A DNA stretch of 64,000 bases from Pseudomonadales bacterium (GCA_965216795.1 OZ244196.1:2650368-2714367); one strand, 5' to 3'; shown: positions 11,647 to 21,889, counted from the first letter of the stretch. The notes: a model not told the origin generated them from the sequence alone. Numbers and translations are program-made.

Positions 11647-12890
11647 CGGACTTCCTCGACCATACGTTGAATGAAGGCCAGTGCGTTTTCCTTGCTGGCC
11701 GCGGTGACGCTCATTTCTGCGATCGCAGCTTCATTGTTTTCGGCAATCGAGCCCATGACCATCACCGCATCGTAAAGCCCCGCATATTTCTTGTAGGCCC
11801 GCAGGCAGGTGGCAATTTTCCAGTCGCCCGGTGGTAGCGCGATAAACGCCGTGCTGCAGGTAAATTCGGTGATTTCGTCTTCCTCGTAGCTATTGCCCAG
11901 GTAGCTGGGATCAAACCGACCTTCCACATAGTTGTAGAACTGCCAGCGATTGAGTTCGCTGGTGGTGATCCATTCGTAGTTGTAGGCAAAGCTGCCGACC
12001 TGCAGTTCATCGCTGACGTAAACGCTGTCTTCGGAGTTGCAGTGCTGGTGTACGGCCTCGAACTTGTCATCGTCCGCCTCGACGGTATGGCCCCAGCAGT
12101 TGAGTGAGTCCACCAGCTTGCCGAAGACTTCGAGCTTGCCGATGGTTTTTTTCTCAACGTCGCTATTGAGCAGTTGCGTGAAAAACGCTTCCTGGTCTGC
12201 GAGCAATGACTGCTGTATCTGCTCGGCAAAGGGTGCGTTGTTATCGGCGCGCGCCCGTTCAATCAGCGCGGCGAGGTGTTCGGCCGGAACCAGGAAGCTC
12301 AGCTGTTCGCCGCCCTTGGAGACGTTGGTGCCAATGACTTCACCATTGCTGTCGAACGTGGGGCCGCCGCTCATGCCGGGGTTTAGCGAGCCCGAGAACA
12401 GTATGTTCTGGTAGCGGGAGTTCTGGACCAGGCCGTTGTAATTGCCTTCGACGATGGTCATGCCCAGGTCGTGGGGGTTGCCCATCGAATAGATCTTGTC
12501 GCCGTTCTTGAGTGGCTCGGTCCGAATAGGCAGGAACCCCGGCTCTGTAGTCTCCCACTGGACGATGGCCAGGTCGTGCACCACATCGATTGCCAGCAGC
12601 TCAAGGTCGGCCGTCTCGTCGCCCTCGGTAGACAGCTGTAGCTGGTACTTCTCGGGTTCGTGAACATACGATGAGACCACGTGAAAATTCGTGGCGATAA
12701 ACCCGGTATCGGTAACCTGGTAGCCAGAGCCAATGCTGTATTTATCGCCCGAGGCGTTGTCGATCACCCTGATCTGGTAAACGTGCTTGCGGTTTTCTTC
12801 AAAGATGGTCTTCGCACGGGTATCAGCGTGGAGCGGGGCGGCTATCAGGGCAAAGATGGCAAAGGCGATGAGGTGAAAACGTGAATCCAT
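11634..12890 (-). CDS. Secreted trypsin-like (S1/S1C) serine protease with an uncharacterised C-terminal domain
   Basis: 418 aa. Signal peptide; catalytic His (ATNFHVV), Asp (HDLAIV) and Ser (GMSGGP). The stop overlaps the FHA gene start by 13 nt. Confidence 0.75.
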   Translation of the reverse strand: MDSRFHLIAFAIFALIAAPLHADTRAKTIFEENRKHVYQIRVIDNASGDKYSIGSGYQVTDTGFIATNFHVVSSYVHEPEKYQLQLSTEGDETADLELLAIDVVHDLAIVQWETTEPGFLPIRTEPLKNGDKIYSMGNPHDLGMTIVEGNYNGLVQNSRYQNILFSGSLNPGMSGGPTFDSNGEVIGTNVSKGGEQLSFLVPAEHLAALIERARADNNAPFAEQIQQSLLADQEAFFTQLLNSDVEKKTIGKLEVFGKLVDSLNCWGHTVEADDDKFEAVHQHCNSEDSVYVSDELQVGSFAYNYEWITTSELNRWQFYNYVEGRFDPSYLGNSYEEDEITEFTCSTAFIALPPGDWKIATCLRAYKKYAGLYDAVMVMGSIAENNEAAIAEMSVTAASKENALAFIQRMVEEVRWIQ

Positions 12891-13081
12891 GTTTTATTGT
12901 TCTGTCCCGCAGCTGTTATTGCGTCGTATCGACTGGTTCAGGGCAAGGTATGATAGCGCAATCCGGCCGCGGCCATCGCAACCTGCGCTCGATGCTGCCC
13001 AAATGTTGATCGTGACTGGTCTGGCCTTGCAGATTTTTATGCCAGGGTGCAAGCTGTCTGCTGGAGCGATTGCCCTTCAGG

Positions 13082-13438
13082 CTAGATATTATTGCTCTCG
13101 GTCCAGTCTTTGAGTTCCTCCAGAATATCCAGCGCGGACCTGCCAAAGTCGGTAATTTCATAGGCCACGGCGATAGGGCGGGTACTCAGCACTTCGCGCT
13201 CGACCAGCCCGTTGGCTTCCATCTCTTTAAGGCGCTGGTCGACCATTTTCTTGCTCGCGCCGCCGAGCTGTCGGGCCAGGTCGTTAAAGCGTACAGGGCC
13301 ATCTTTCAGGTGCCACAGTATCGAGCCCTTCCATTTGCCGCCGAGGATCCGCATGCCGCGCTCGATGGGACAGGGCTCAAGACAGGCGTTTTCGACGACC
13401 TTTCGGCCATTGCTGCGTTTCTTTACCCGGGTTTCCAT
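13082..13438 (-). CDS. HxlR family transcriptional regulator
   Basis: 118 aa with CPIERGMRILGGKWKGSILWHL, characteristic of HxlR. Confidence 0.8.
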   Translation of the reverse strand: METRVKKRSNGRKVVENACLEPCPIERGMRILGGKWKGSILWHLKDGPVRFNDLARQLGGASKKMVDQRLKEMEANGLVEREVLSTRPIAVAYEITDFGRSALDILEELKDWTESNNI

Positions 13439-13563
13439 TGGTCTGGCCTGCGCGCTTCCAGGTGAGTGATTTTAGGTTACTAAAAGTATACTGGTTGACA
13501 TTAGTATCTTAGGATATCACCATTGCGGCCACTTGTTTAGTCCTGTCTATTTGGAGCATCACG

Positions 13564-14097
13564 ATGGCCACTACCAAAATTGAAGCCGGCTCGGCGTTTC
13601 CCCAGATCAGTGTCACCAGTCTTGCAGGCAATGCAGTGACATTGGGCCAGCCCGCCGATGGTTGCGATTGGCAGCTGGTTGTTGTCTATCGTGGCAGGCA
13701 CTGCCCAATGTGTACGCGGTACTTGAACAACATTGAGTCCATTCGGGCCGGCTTGGCGGATATCGGTGTAGACCTGGTCGCAGTGTCGGGTGACAGCAAG
13801 GCTCAGCTCGAAGAGCACCTCGCCAGACTCGAAGTCAGCTTTGAGCTGTACTATGGCTTATCGCAGTCGCAAATGCAGCAGCTGGGCCTGTACATCTCGA
13901 TTCCCCGATCCGACCAGGAAACTGACCATAACTTTGCCGAACCAGGCATGTTTGTTATTAACGAAGAGGGTAACGTGCAAGTCGTCGATATCTCGAACAA
14001 CCCGTTCGTGCGGCCAGAGATTGATACACTGTTGTCTGGCTTGCAGTGGATCCGCAATCCTGACAACAATTACCCGATCAGGGGTACGTTCAAGTAG
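13564..14097 (+). CDS. Redoxin/peroxiredoxin-like (AhpC/TSA family) protein
   Basis: 177 aa with a thioredoxin-fold CPMC motif (YRGRHCPMCTRYL). Divergent from the HxlR gene. Confidence 0.7.
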   Translation: MATTKIEAGSAFPQISVTSLAGNAVTLGQPADGCDWQLVVVYRGRHCPMCTRYLNNIESIRAGLADIGVDLVAVSGDSKAQLEEHLARLEVSFELYYGLSQSQMQQLGLYISIPRSDQETDHNFAEPGMFVINEEGNVQVVDISNNPFVRPEIDTLLSGLQWIRNPDNNYPIRGTFK

Positions 14098-14156
14098 TTT
14101 CGCGAGTGTCAGGCTGGGCCTGGGCAAGCTGTTCGGGGTAGAGTAAAGCAAAATTT

Positions 14157-14765
14157 ATGACCAAAAACGTTCTCGTCTTATTTGCACACCCCGCCCAGGA
14201 GCAATCCGAAGTCAATGCGCCGCTGTTCGAAGCGGCCCGGGCGGCTGGTGATGTCACCTGCGTCGATCTTTACGCAGAGTACCCCACCCATAATATCGAC
14301 GTGGCCATCGAGCAGCAGAGGCTGGTCGAGCACGATGTGGTGATTTTCCAGTTTCCTTTCTACTGGTATTCAACGCCGGCCATCCTGAAAGACTGGATGG
14401 ACCTGGTGCTGGAATACAATTTTGCCTATGGGGCGCAAGGAAAGGCGCTCGAGGGAAAGTACCTCTTGCCGGTGATCAGCGCTGGCGGCGCCGAGCATGC
14501 CTACCAGCAGGACGGCTACAATCACTTCACACTCCGCGAGCTGCTCAGGCCGCTTGAGCAAACTGCACGGCTCTGCCACATGCGGTTCCTGGCGCCCTTC
14601 GCCATTTTTGGAGCGAGAACGGCCGCCGAAGACCAGCGCATAGAAAATCATATCGGGCAGTACCGCAGGCTGTTGCAGTCGCTCAATAGTGGCCGGTTCA
14701 ATTTCGCCCAGGCGGCAGAGGTTGAATTGCTCGCACAGCAATTTGACGACATTGTTGGTTCATAG
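14157..14765 (+). CDS. kefG: KefG/KefF-type flavodoxin-like NAD(P)H oxidoreductase (K+ efflux ancillary protein)
   Basis: 202 aa with VLVLFAHP...FQFPFYWYS.PAILK motifs. Sits immediately upstream of a KefB/C-type antiporter. Confidence 0.7.
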   Translation: MTKNVLVLFAHPAQEQSEVNAPLFEAARAAGDVTCVDLYAEYPTHNIDVAIEQQRLVEHDVVIFQFPFYWYSTPAILKDWMDLVLEYNFAYGAQGKALEGKYLLPVISAGGAEHAYQQDGYNHFTLRELLRPLEQTARLCHMRFLAPFAIFGARTAAEDQRIENHIGQYRRLLQSLNSGRFNFAQAAEVELLAQQFDDIVGS

Positions 14766-14774
14766 GGGCATGCA

Positions 14775-16682
14775 ATGACGGTCTACTTCATCCAGGCATT
14801 TATCTATCTGTGCGCGGCGGTCATTGCAGTGCCGATCGCCAAGCGACTGGGTCTGGGCTCGGTACTTGGTTATCTGGTCGCAGGTGTTGTTATTGGCCCG
14901 ATGACCGGGCTGGTTGGGTCCGAGACGGTGACTATCCAGCATTTTGCCGAGTTTGGCGTGGTCATGATGCTGTTTCTGGTTGGACTGGAGCTGGAGCCTC
15001 AAAAGTTATGGGAAATGCGCAACCGCCTGGTTGGGCTGGGCGGTCTGCAGGTTTCTCTGAGCACCGCGTTGATCACCGCCGGTTGCCTGTTCCTGGGGCT
15101 TTCCTGGCAGATGGCGCTGGCTATTGGTCTGATGCTGTCGCTCTCGTCAACAGCGATTGTGCTGCAAACCTTCCAGGAGAAGGGGCTGTCAAAAACCGAC
15201 GGGGGTAATTCGGCGTTTTCGGTGCTACTGTTCCAGGATATTGCCGTCATCCCGATGCTCGCGTTTATTCCCTTGCTGGCCATGCCCGAGGTGATGGGCG
15301 TTGCAGCCGCGCACAGCGATGATCACCACGGCTCGATTGACCTGGTCTCGCAGCTGCCCGGCTGGCTCTATGGCATCGTGGTGCTTGGTTCAATTGCCGT
15401 CGTGGTGGTGGGCGGCCATTTTCTCAGCAAACCACTGTTTCGCTTTATTGCCGATACCGGTTTGCGTGAAATGTTTACCGCGACGGCGTTATTGTTGGTC
15501 ATCGGCATTGCAGCGTTGATGAGCCTCGTTGGGCTGTCTCCGGCGCTGGGAACCTTTCTTGCCGGTGTGGTGCTTGCCAACAGTGAATTTCGTCATGAAC
15601 TTGAGACCGACATCGAGCCTTTCAAAGGCATTCTGCTGGGCCTGTTTTTCATTACGGTAGGCGCCGGCATCAACTTCGCGGTCGTCAGCGACAATATTGC
15701 TATCGTGCTGGGGGCGGTCGCTGGCATCATGCTGGTCAAGGCGGCGGTGTTGCTGCTGCTGGCGCGTATTTTCAGGCTCTACCGTAGCGATGGCTGGCTG
15801 CTTACGCTGAGCCTGGCGCAGGCGGGCGAATTTGGTTTCGTGCTGCTGAGCTTCAGTGTCCAGAACAGTGTTGTCAGCCCCGATATCGCGAGCGTGCTTT
15901 CGCCCATTATCGCTATCACGATGTTCCTGACGCCGTTGTTGTTTATTCTGTTCGATAAAGTCGTCAAACGGTTTTACCAGGGCGCTGCCAATGAAGGGGC
16001 TGCCGATCAAATCGATGACCAGGGTACGGTCGTTATCGCAGGCATAGGGCGGTTTGGCCAGATCGTCAATCGCCTGTTGCTGGCCAATGACGTCCCGACC
16101 GTTGTCCTGGATCACTCAGCCTCGATGATCGACAACGCCAGCAAGGTCAATATCAAGACCTGGTATGGCGATGCCAGCCGACCGGATTTGCTCCATAGCG
16201 CCGGCATTGGCGAGGCCGGACTGCTGGTCGTCGCCTTTGATGATCCGCATCGAGCGCTAGAGACGGTCAAGCATGTAAAGCACTTCTATCCGCAGGTAAA
16301 AATACTCGCCAGGGCCTTCGACCGCGGGCATGGCTATGACTTGACTGCGGCGGGTGCCGATATTGTTATTTCGGAAACCTATTTTTCGGCGTTGGAGCTT
16401 GGCGGTGAAGCACTGAAGGCATTGGGTACGCATCCCTTCAAGGTCGAACAGGTTAAAGCCGCATTTCACAAGACCGACGCAAGGCACAGGGACAGTTTCT
16501 ACGAAGAGTGGCACAAGGGCGACGAGGACGATCGCTTTACCCGCAGCTATCTCGACCTGTTTATCGAGATGGAACAGCGCATCATATCGGCGATCAAGCG
16601 CAATCGCATCGATGGCCATGATCTCTCCGAGAGTGGGTGGACTCCGCCGCCCAAAGACTACCTGGACGACTTTGAAAGCTAG
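14775..16682 (+). CDS. kefB: Glutathione-regulated K+-efflux antiporter (CPA2; KefB/KefC type, B vs C not resolved)
   Basis: 635 aa. N-terminal Na+/H+ exchanger membrane domain plus C-terminal TrkA-N/KTN domain (VVIAGIGRFGQIV). Confidence 0.8.
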   Translation: MTVYFIQAFIYLCAAVIAVPIAKRLGLGSVLGYLVAGVVIGPMTGLVGSETVTIQHFAEFGVVMMLFLVGLELEPQKLWEMRNRLVGLGGLQVSLSTALITAGCLFLGLSWQMALAIGLMLSLSSTAIVLQTFQEKGLSKTDGGNSAFSVLLFQDIAVIPMLAFIPLLAMPEVMGVAAAHSDDHHGSIDLVSQLPGWLYGIVVLGSIAVVVVGGHFLSKPLFRFIADTGLREMFTATALLLVIGIAALMSLVGLSPALGTFLAGVVLANSEFRHELETDIEPFKGILLGLFFITVGAGINFAVVSDNIAIVLGAVAGIMLVKAAVLLLLARIFRLYRSDGWLLTLSLAQAGEFGFVLLSFSVQNSVVSPDIASVLSPIIAITMFLTPLLFILFDKVVKRFYQGAANEGAADQIDDQGTVVIAGIGRFGQIVNRLLLANDVPTVVLDHSASMIDNASKVNIKTWYGDASRPDLLHSAGIGEAGLLVVAFDDPHRALETVKHVKHFYPQVKILARAFDRGHGYDLTAAGADIVISETYFSALELGGEALKALGTHPFKVEQVKAAFHKTDARHRDSFYEEWHKGDEDDRFTRSYLDLFIEMEQRIISAIKRNRIDGHDLSESGWTPPPKDYLDDFES

Positions 16683-16830
16683 GCAGTCTTTTTGCGCAAG
16701 GCTTTTCCTGTAAAAGGTATCGCGGGTCGGTAGTGGTCAATTATCGATCACACGTGGGCAAGCCGCACTATTTGGTAGGCTGCTGCCAAGGATTTCGATC
16801 CCGATTGCGTCTTACCGAATAACAGACGGC

Positions 16831-17385
16831 ATGGCAGGTGACACATTGCCCGATAAGGAACTCATCAAACGCGCCCAACGGGGTGACAGCGCTGCCTTTG
16901 CCGAGGTGGTGGACGAATGCTATGCCACGCTTTTTCGGTTTGCGATGAAATATACGGCGCAGCGCGCCGATGCCGAAGATATTGCGCAGCAGGCCTGTAT
17001 CAAGCTTGCGCGCTCTATTCATACCTATCGCTTTGAATCCAAGTTCAGTACCTGGCTATACCGGCTGGTGCTGAATTGCGCGCGGGACTGGCAGCGAAAG
17101 CACCCGCGGGACGAGCAAAGCATCGATGAGCTCAATGGGTCGATGCACGAGTCGCTACTGGTGGCTGGCGGTGCCGCGGAAGACCAGATCCTGCTTGGCC
17201 AGGTGCTTGAGCGTGTCGCGGGATACGGCGATGACTTTTTGGAGACGCTGGTGCTGGTGATGGGCGAGGGCATGAGTCATGCTGATGCCGCCGCCTTGCT
17301 CGATGTGAAAGCGTCGACCGTCTCCTGGCGCATTCATGAAATTCGCAAGCGCCTGTCGGCTGAGCAGCTGAAGGGGGTTCAATAA
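16831..17385 (+). CDS. ECF (sigma-70 family) RNA polymerase sigma factor
   Basis: 184 aa with region 2 (FAEVVDECYATLFRFAMKY...DAEDIAQQA) and a region 4 HTH. Confidence 0.85.
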   Translation: MAGDTLPDKELIKRAQRGDSAAFAEVVDECYATLFRFAMKYTAQRADAEDIAQQACIKLARSIHTYRFESKFSTWLYRLVLNCARDWQRKHPRDEQSIDELNGSMHESLLVAGGAAEDQILLGQVLERVAGYGDDFLETLVLVMGEGMSHADAAALLDVKASTVSWRIHEIRKRLSAEQLKGVQ

Positions 17386-19367
17386 TGCAGCCTGGTGACA
17401 TCGAGAAGCTATTTGACAGCGTGGCTTTGCAAAGCGCAGACGTTGCGCGTGAGCGAGCGAAGCGGGCGGCGATGGCAGCATTTGAAGACATTCACGCTGG
17501 CACAGAGTCAGTTGAGCATGTGACTGGCGATGGCGACCAAGTTTATTGCGAGTTACGCAGTCCTAACTGTATCGATGAGCGACACAGTGGGAGCGACAGC
17601 ATGAGTGTTTTCAAGCAGCGATGGATTTTCAGCGGTATTGCCAGTGCGGCGGTACTGGTGGTGGTAGTCAGCCTGGGGTTCAATGTACTGAGTCCAGGCC
17701 CGGTGTTATACGACCGTGCGCCGCAGCCTGTTGCGGTAGCGGACTTTACAAGGCCCGAGGCGGATGTGCGGGTAGAATCTGAAAGGACTGTAGAAGCACT
17801 GGCCGTCGCATCGGCGCCCCGCCAGCGTATGCCTGATGCTTCTGCCGGTGCCCCGTCCCTTGCCGAGATCTCGATTGTGCCCGAACAGGCGCGTAGCAAG
17901 GGCCTGGCGGTGGCTGATCTCATGCCAACAGTGCCTGTAGACGAGGGGCGAGATCGCTTTCAAGCTGTCGAGCACAACCCGGTTCACTTAACCCGTGAGC
18001 AACCGGTTTCTACGTTCTCTGCCGATGTCGATACTGCGTCGTACAGCTTCGTACGCAGGCAGCTGAACCGGGGCGTGCTGCCGCAAAAAAATGCGGTCCG
18101 GTTAGAGGAGATGGTTAACTACTTCCCCTACGAGTACCCCGAGCCCGCAAACCGACAGAATCCCTTTGCGGCAACGGTGTCCGTGCTCGATTCGCCCTGG
18201 CGCGAGGGCAACAAGCTGGTGCACATCGGCATTCGGGGGTATGACATCGCGGCTGACGATACGCCCGATAGCAACCTGGTATTCTTGCTCGATGTTTCAG
18301 GCTCTATGAACAGTCCGGACAAACTGCCACTGGTGAAGCAGTCTATGAGCCTGCTGCTGAGCCGCCTAAAAGCCACTGATACCGTAGCGATCGTTGTCTA
18401 TGCGGGCGCCGCGGGTGTTGTGCTCGAGCCTACCGAGGTGGCAGACCGGCAGACAATCGTCAGTGCGATGCAGCGCCTGAATGCTGGCGGGTCGACCGCG
18501 GGTGGTGCGGGTATCAAGGCAGCGTACCAGCTTGCCCGCAGCAGCTTCAAGGAAGGTGCAGTGAATCGCGTGATCCTGGCAACCGATGGCGACTTTAACG
18601 TGGGTATTGCCAGTGTCGAGGAATTGCAGGGTTATATCGAGCGTCAACGACACGAGGGTATTTATCTCACGGTGCTGGGTTTTGGCCAGGGTAACTATCA
18701 TGACCATCTGATGCAGGCGCTTGCGCAGAACGGCAATGGCGCAGCTGCCTATATCGATACCCTGGGTGAGGCGCAAAAGGTGCTGGTCGATGAGGCAACG
18801 TCAACGCTGTTTCCGATTGCTGGCGACGTCAAACTGCAGATGGAGTTCAACCCCGACACCGTGAGTGAGTACCGCCTGCTCGGGTATGAGACGCGTGCAC
18901 TCAAGCGCGAGGATTTCAATAACGACAAGGTTGACGCGGGCGACGTCGGAGCAGGGCACAGCGTCACAGCGATTTATGAGATCACGCCGGTGGGCAGTGG
19001 AAGCGGGCTCGTTGAGCCGGGGCGCTACGCGGAGGGCGATGCCAAAGCGGGCGCCTTCAGTGGAGAATACGGGTTTCTGAAAATACGCTACAAGCTGCCT
19101 GGAGAGGACAGCTCAAAGCTGCTCTCGGTCCCTGCATTGGTATCAGGTAGCGAACGCCAGGCTCCTGGACTTGCCCGTGAAATCGATTTTTCTGTCGCTG
19201 TCGCAGGCTTCGCCCAGCTGCTAAGCGGTGGCCAGTACCTGGGTGACTGGAGTTATGACGATGTCATAGAGCTGGCGCAGCCAAACCGGGGCGATGACCC
19301 CTATGGTTACCGCGCAGAGTTTCTGCAGCTGGTGCGAAAAGCGGCGATCGCCGAAGACCTGGACTAG
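17385..19367 (+). CDS. Membrane-anchored von Willebrand factor A protein (YfbK-like), possible anti-sigma partner
   Basis: 660 aa. The start overlaps the sigma gene stop (TAATG). One TM segment, then a vWA MIDAS motif (LDVSGSM). Confidence 0.7.
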   Translation: MQPGDIEKLFDSVALQSADVARERAKRAAMAAFEDIHAGTESVEHVTGDGDQVYCELRSPNCIDERHSGSDSMSVFKQRWIFSGIASAAVLVVVVSLGFNVLSPGPVLYDRAPQPVAVADFTRPEADVRVESERTVEALAVASAPRQRMPDASAGAPSLAEISIVPEQARSKGLAVADLMPTVPVDEGRDRFQAVEHNPVHLTREQPVSTFSADVDTASYSFVRRQLNRGVLPQKNAVRLEEMVNYFPYEYPEPANRQNPFAATVSVLDSPWREGNKLVHIGIRGYDIAADDTPDSNLVFLLDVSGSMNSPDKLPLVKQSMSLLLSRLKATDTVAIVVYAGAAGVVLEPTEVADRQTIVSAMQRLNAGGSTAGGAGIKAAYQLARSSFKEGAVNRVILATDGDFNVGIASVEELQGYIERQRHEGIYLTVLGFGQGNYHDHLMQALAQNGNGAAAYIDTLGEAQKVLVDEATSTLFPIAGDVKLQMEFNPDTVSEYRLLGYETRALKREDFNNDKVDAGDVGAGHSVTAIYEITPVGSGSGLVEPGRYAEGDAKAGAFSGEYGFLKIRYKLPGEDSSKLLSVPALVSGSERQAPGLAREIDFSVAVAGFAQLLSGGQYLGDWSYDDVIELAQPNRGDDPYGYRAEFLQLVRKAAIAEDLD

Positions 19368-19407
19368 CTTTACCGGGCGGCAGCGCATAGTGAGAGGTTA
19401 GATGCAA

Positions 19408-19441
19408 AAGCACCGCTGGCCATTGCTGGCCAGCGGTGCTT
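19408..19441. terminator. 15-bp-stem hairpin between convergent genes
   Basis: aagcaccgctggcca-ttgc-tggccagcggtgctt. A TTTT run follows on the minus strand. Confidence 0.55.
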
Positions 19442-19465
19442 GCTGTGAAGGTTGATCCTGTGAAA

Positions 19466-20161
19466 TCAGCTATTGGCTGATCGACGCATAAAGCCCAGTC
19501 CGCCCAGTGCGCTTGCGAACAGGAGTATGCCCGGGGGCACCGGCACCTGCGTGGTAAAGGCCAGCTGCCCTGTTCCCAGAGCTGTGTTAAAGACCGTGCC
19601 CTGGATCCAGTATTCTGTCAGACCTGACAGGTCATTCTTTTCAAAAAAGTTTTCATCGCTGAGTAACGTGCCGGTATCATCCAGTAGCACAAGTGATGTG
19701 ATCAGCAAGAGATCGGGCCCGATACCCGAGAGGTCAGTGACCTGCGAAAAAGAGTAGTAGTCGCCGTCGGGCGAATCGTCGAACAGGGTAACGATCTGGT
19801 TGATAACCGCAGGTGCGCCCGGGTCGTCGGAACAACCACCGGTGTTCAGGTTACAGGTCTGGCTGCTCATCAAGCCGCTTGAGACCGGGCCAAAGTGATA
19901 GTCGGTGGCCAGCGCGTTCGATGGGTTGGCCAATGGTCCGCTGGGTGTGCCGATGCCGAAGTTGAACTCGATCTGCATCGTGTCGCCAATGGTCGAGGCG
20001 CCCAGGTACCCCGGTCCGTGTGCAGTGATATCCTGTGTGACAACAAGGGCTTGTGATGCGGCGGAAAAGAGCAGTGCCGGTGTCAGTGCGGCGGCTGCAA
20101 TAAATCTGGTTGTTTGATGAGCGATGCTTTTCAGGCGAGTGTTTTCAAGAGACATTTTCAT
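19466..20161 (-). CDS. Secreted hypothetical protein with a PEP-CTERM-like C-terminal anchor
   Basis: Start moved to the ATG at 20161 (GGAGAA RBS; MKMSLENTRL...). The C-terminus is VPVPPGILLFASALGGLGFMRRS: motif, hydrophobic helix, then basic cluster. Confidence 0.6.
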   Translation of the reverse strand: MKMSLENTRLKSIAHQTTRFIAAAALTPALLFSAASQALVVTQDITAHGPGYLGASTIGDTMQIEFNFGIGTPSGPLANPSNALATDYHFGPVSSGLMSSQTCNLNTGGCSDDPGAPAVINQIVTLFDDSPDGDYYSFSQVTDLSGIGPDLLLITSLVLLDDTGTLLSDENFFEKNDLSGLTEYWIQGTVFNTALGTGQLAFTTQVPVPPGILLFASALGGLGFMRRSANS

Positions 20162-20342
20162 GGTTTTGTTCTCCAGGTTTGTTGGTATATGTTCTCGCAA
20201 GGGGGGCGCGATGGAATGAATACTGCCGCTCATCGGGTTGCGGAGCCACTTATACTTAATTAATTCGTTAGCTGTCTTGCGCGTGCTTAAATGGCTGGAT
20301 AAGTCTTTTTTGGCGCGCCCTGGACAGGTTTTTGGGGGTGAT

Positions 20343-21860
20343 ATGTCGGTCAGGCACGGTCCGGTTAATCGATTTCTGCACAGGCTAGAGTTCTGGGGTA
20401 ACCGCTTACCGCATCCCACGATGCTGTTTGTCTATTTGTGCGCTCTGGTGTTGGCAGGCTCTGCCCTTGCAGCCTGGCTTGACGCAGGTGCGATGCACCC
20501 GATCACTGGAGAGGCAATACTGGCGAAGAGCCTGCTCTCTGCTGCTGGCTTGCGCGAAATACTTTCGCACGCAGTCAGCAACTTTACCGATTTTGCACCC
20601 GTAGGTACCGTGCTGGTGGCCGTGATGGGCATCGGCGTTGCAGAGCACAGTGGTTTGTTAGCCGTGGTGCTGCGCTCGTTGGTTGTAAACGCATCGCAAA
20701 AAATGACGACCTTCCTGGTGGTGCTTGCCGGTGTGCTCTCCAGTCTTGCTGCTGATACTGGCTATGTGGTCCTGGTGCCGCTGGCGGGCATTGTCTTCCT
20801 CGCGGCCGGTCGGCACCCCGTTGCCGGTATCGCCGCCGCTTTCGCCGGCGTATCGGGCGGTTACAGTGCCAACCTGCTGATAGGGCCGCTCGATGCCATC
20901 CTGGCGGGAATCTCTACCGAGGCGGCCGCGCTGGTGCAGCCTGCCTATGAGGTTACCGCTGCGGGCAACTACTATTTCATAGCGGTATCCACATTGTTGA
21001 TTGCTGCAGTGGGTACCTTTGTCACGGAGCGTTGGATCTGCCCATTGCTGGGTGATTACCAGGGCAAGGCCGATCCGGTCGAGGCGATTTCGGCGGCTGA
21101 TCGCAGGGGTCTGCGTGTGGTTGGCGTTTTTACGCTGGTTTTCGTTGGCCTGCTGTTGCTCAGCGTGGTGCCCGAGTCTGGTGTACTCAGAGACCCGGAA
21201 ACCGGAGGGGTGCTCAAGTCGCCCTTTATCAGCGGTATCGTCGTCATTATTGCCGTGTATGCGGCGGTGAGTGGTTGGCTGTTTGGCAAGGCCAGTGGCC
21301 GGTTCGATTCTTCGCGCGATTTTATTGCCGGCATGGAGGCGGCGATGGCAACGATGGCCTCTTACCTGGTGCTGATGTTTTTCGCCGCGCAGTTCGTCAA
21401 CTGGTTTGGCTGGAGCCAGTTGGGCACGATCACGGCAATAAAGGGCGCGTTGGCGCTGCAGTCATTCGACCCCAACGCAGCGCTGCTGCTGGTTTGCTTC
21501 ATGCTGCTTGCGGCGTTCATCAATTTATTGGTCGGCAGTGCATCAGCCAAGTGGGCACTGCTGGGCCCGATCTTTGTGCCGATGCTGTTGCTTGCGGGTA
21601 TTTCACCCGAGGCCACGCAGGTCGCCTACCGGATTGGCGATAGCACGACGAACATCATCACGCCGCTGATGCCTTACTTCGGCGTGGTGGTCACCTTTGT
21701 GCAGAAGTATGACGAGTCGGCCGGCATCGGCACGCTGTTGGCCATCATGCTGCCCTTCAGCCTGATTTTCCTGTTGAGCTGGTCGCTGTTGCTTGCGGCC
21801 TGGATCGTGTTGGGTATCCCGCTGGGCCCGGGCGCGCCGGTCTTTATTGGCCAGGGTTGA
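20343..21860 (+). CDS. AbgT family (p-aminobenzoyl-glutamate-type) transporter
   Basis: About 505 aa polytopic protein with an N-terminus (RFLHRLEFWGNRLPHPTMLF) typical of AbgT. Start at the first ATG, 20343. Confidence 0.75.
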   Translation: MSVRHGPVNRFLHRLEFWGNRLPHPTMLFVYLCALVLAGSALAAWLDAGAMHPITGEAILAKSLLSAAGLREILSHAVSNFTDFAPVGTVLVAVMGIGVAEHSGLLAVVLRSLVVNASQKMTTFLVVLAGVLSSLAADTGYVVLVPLAGIVFLAAGRHPVAGIAAAFAGVSGGYSANLLIGPLDAILAGISTEAAALVQPAYEVTAAGNYYFIAVSTLLIAAVGTFVTERWICPLLGDYQGKADPVEAISAADRRGLRVVGVFTLVFVGLLLLSVVPESGVLRDPETGGVLKSPFISGIVVIIAVYAAVSGWLFGKASGRFDSSRDFIAGMEAAMATMASYLVLMFFAAQFVNWFGWSQLGTITAIKGALALQSFDPNAALLLVCFMLLAAFINLLVGSASAKWALLGPIFVPMLLLAGISPEATQVAYRIGDSTTNIITPLMPYFGVVVTFVQKYDESAGIGTLLAIMLPFSLIFLLSWSLLLAAWIVLGIPLGPGAPVFIGQG

Positions 21861-21889
21861 ACAAAGCCTGGCGTCGACACGCGCCCCAT

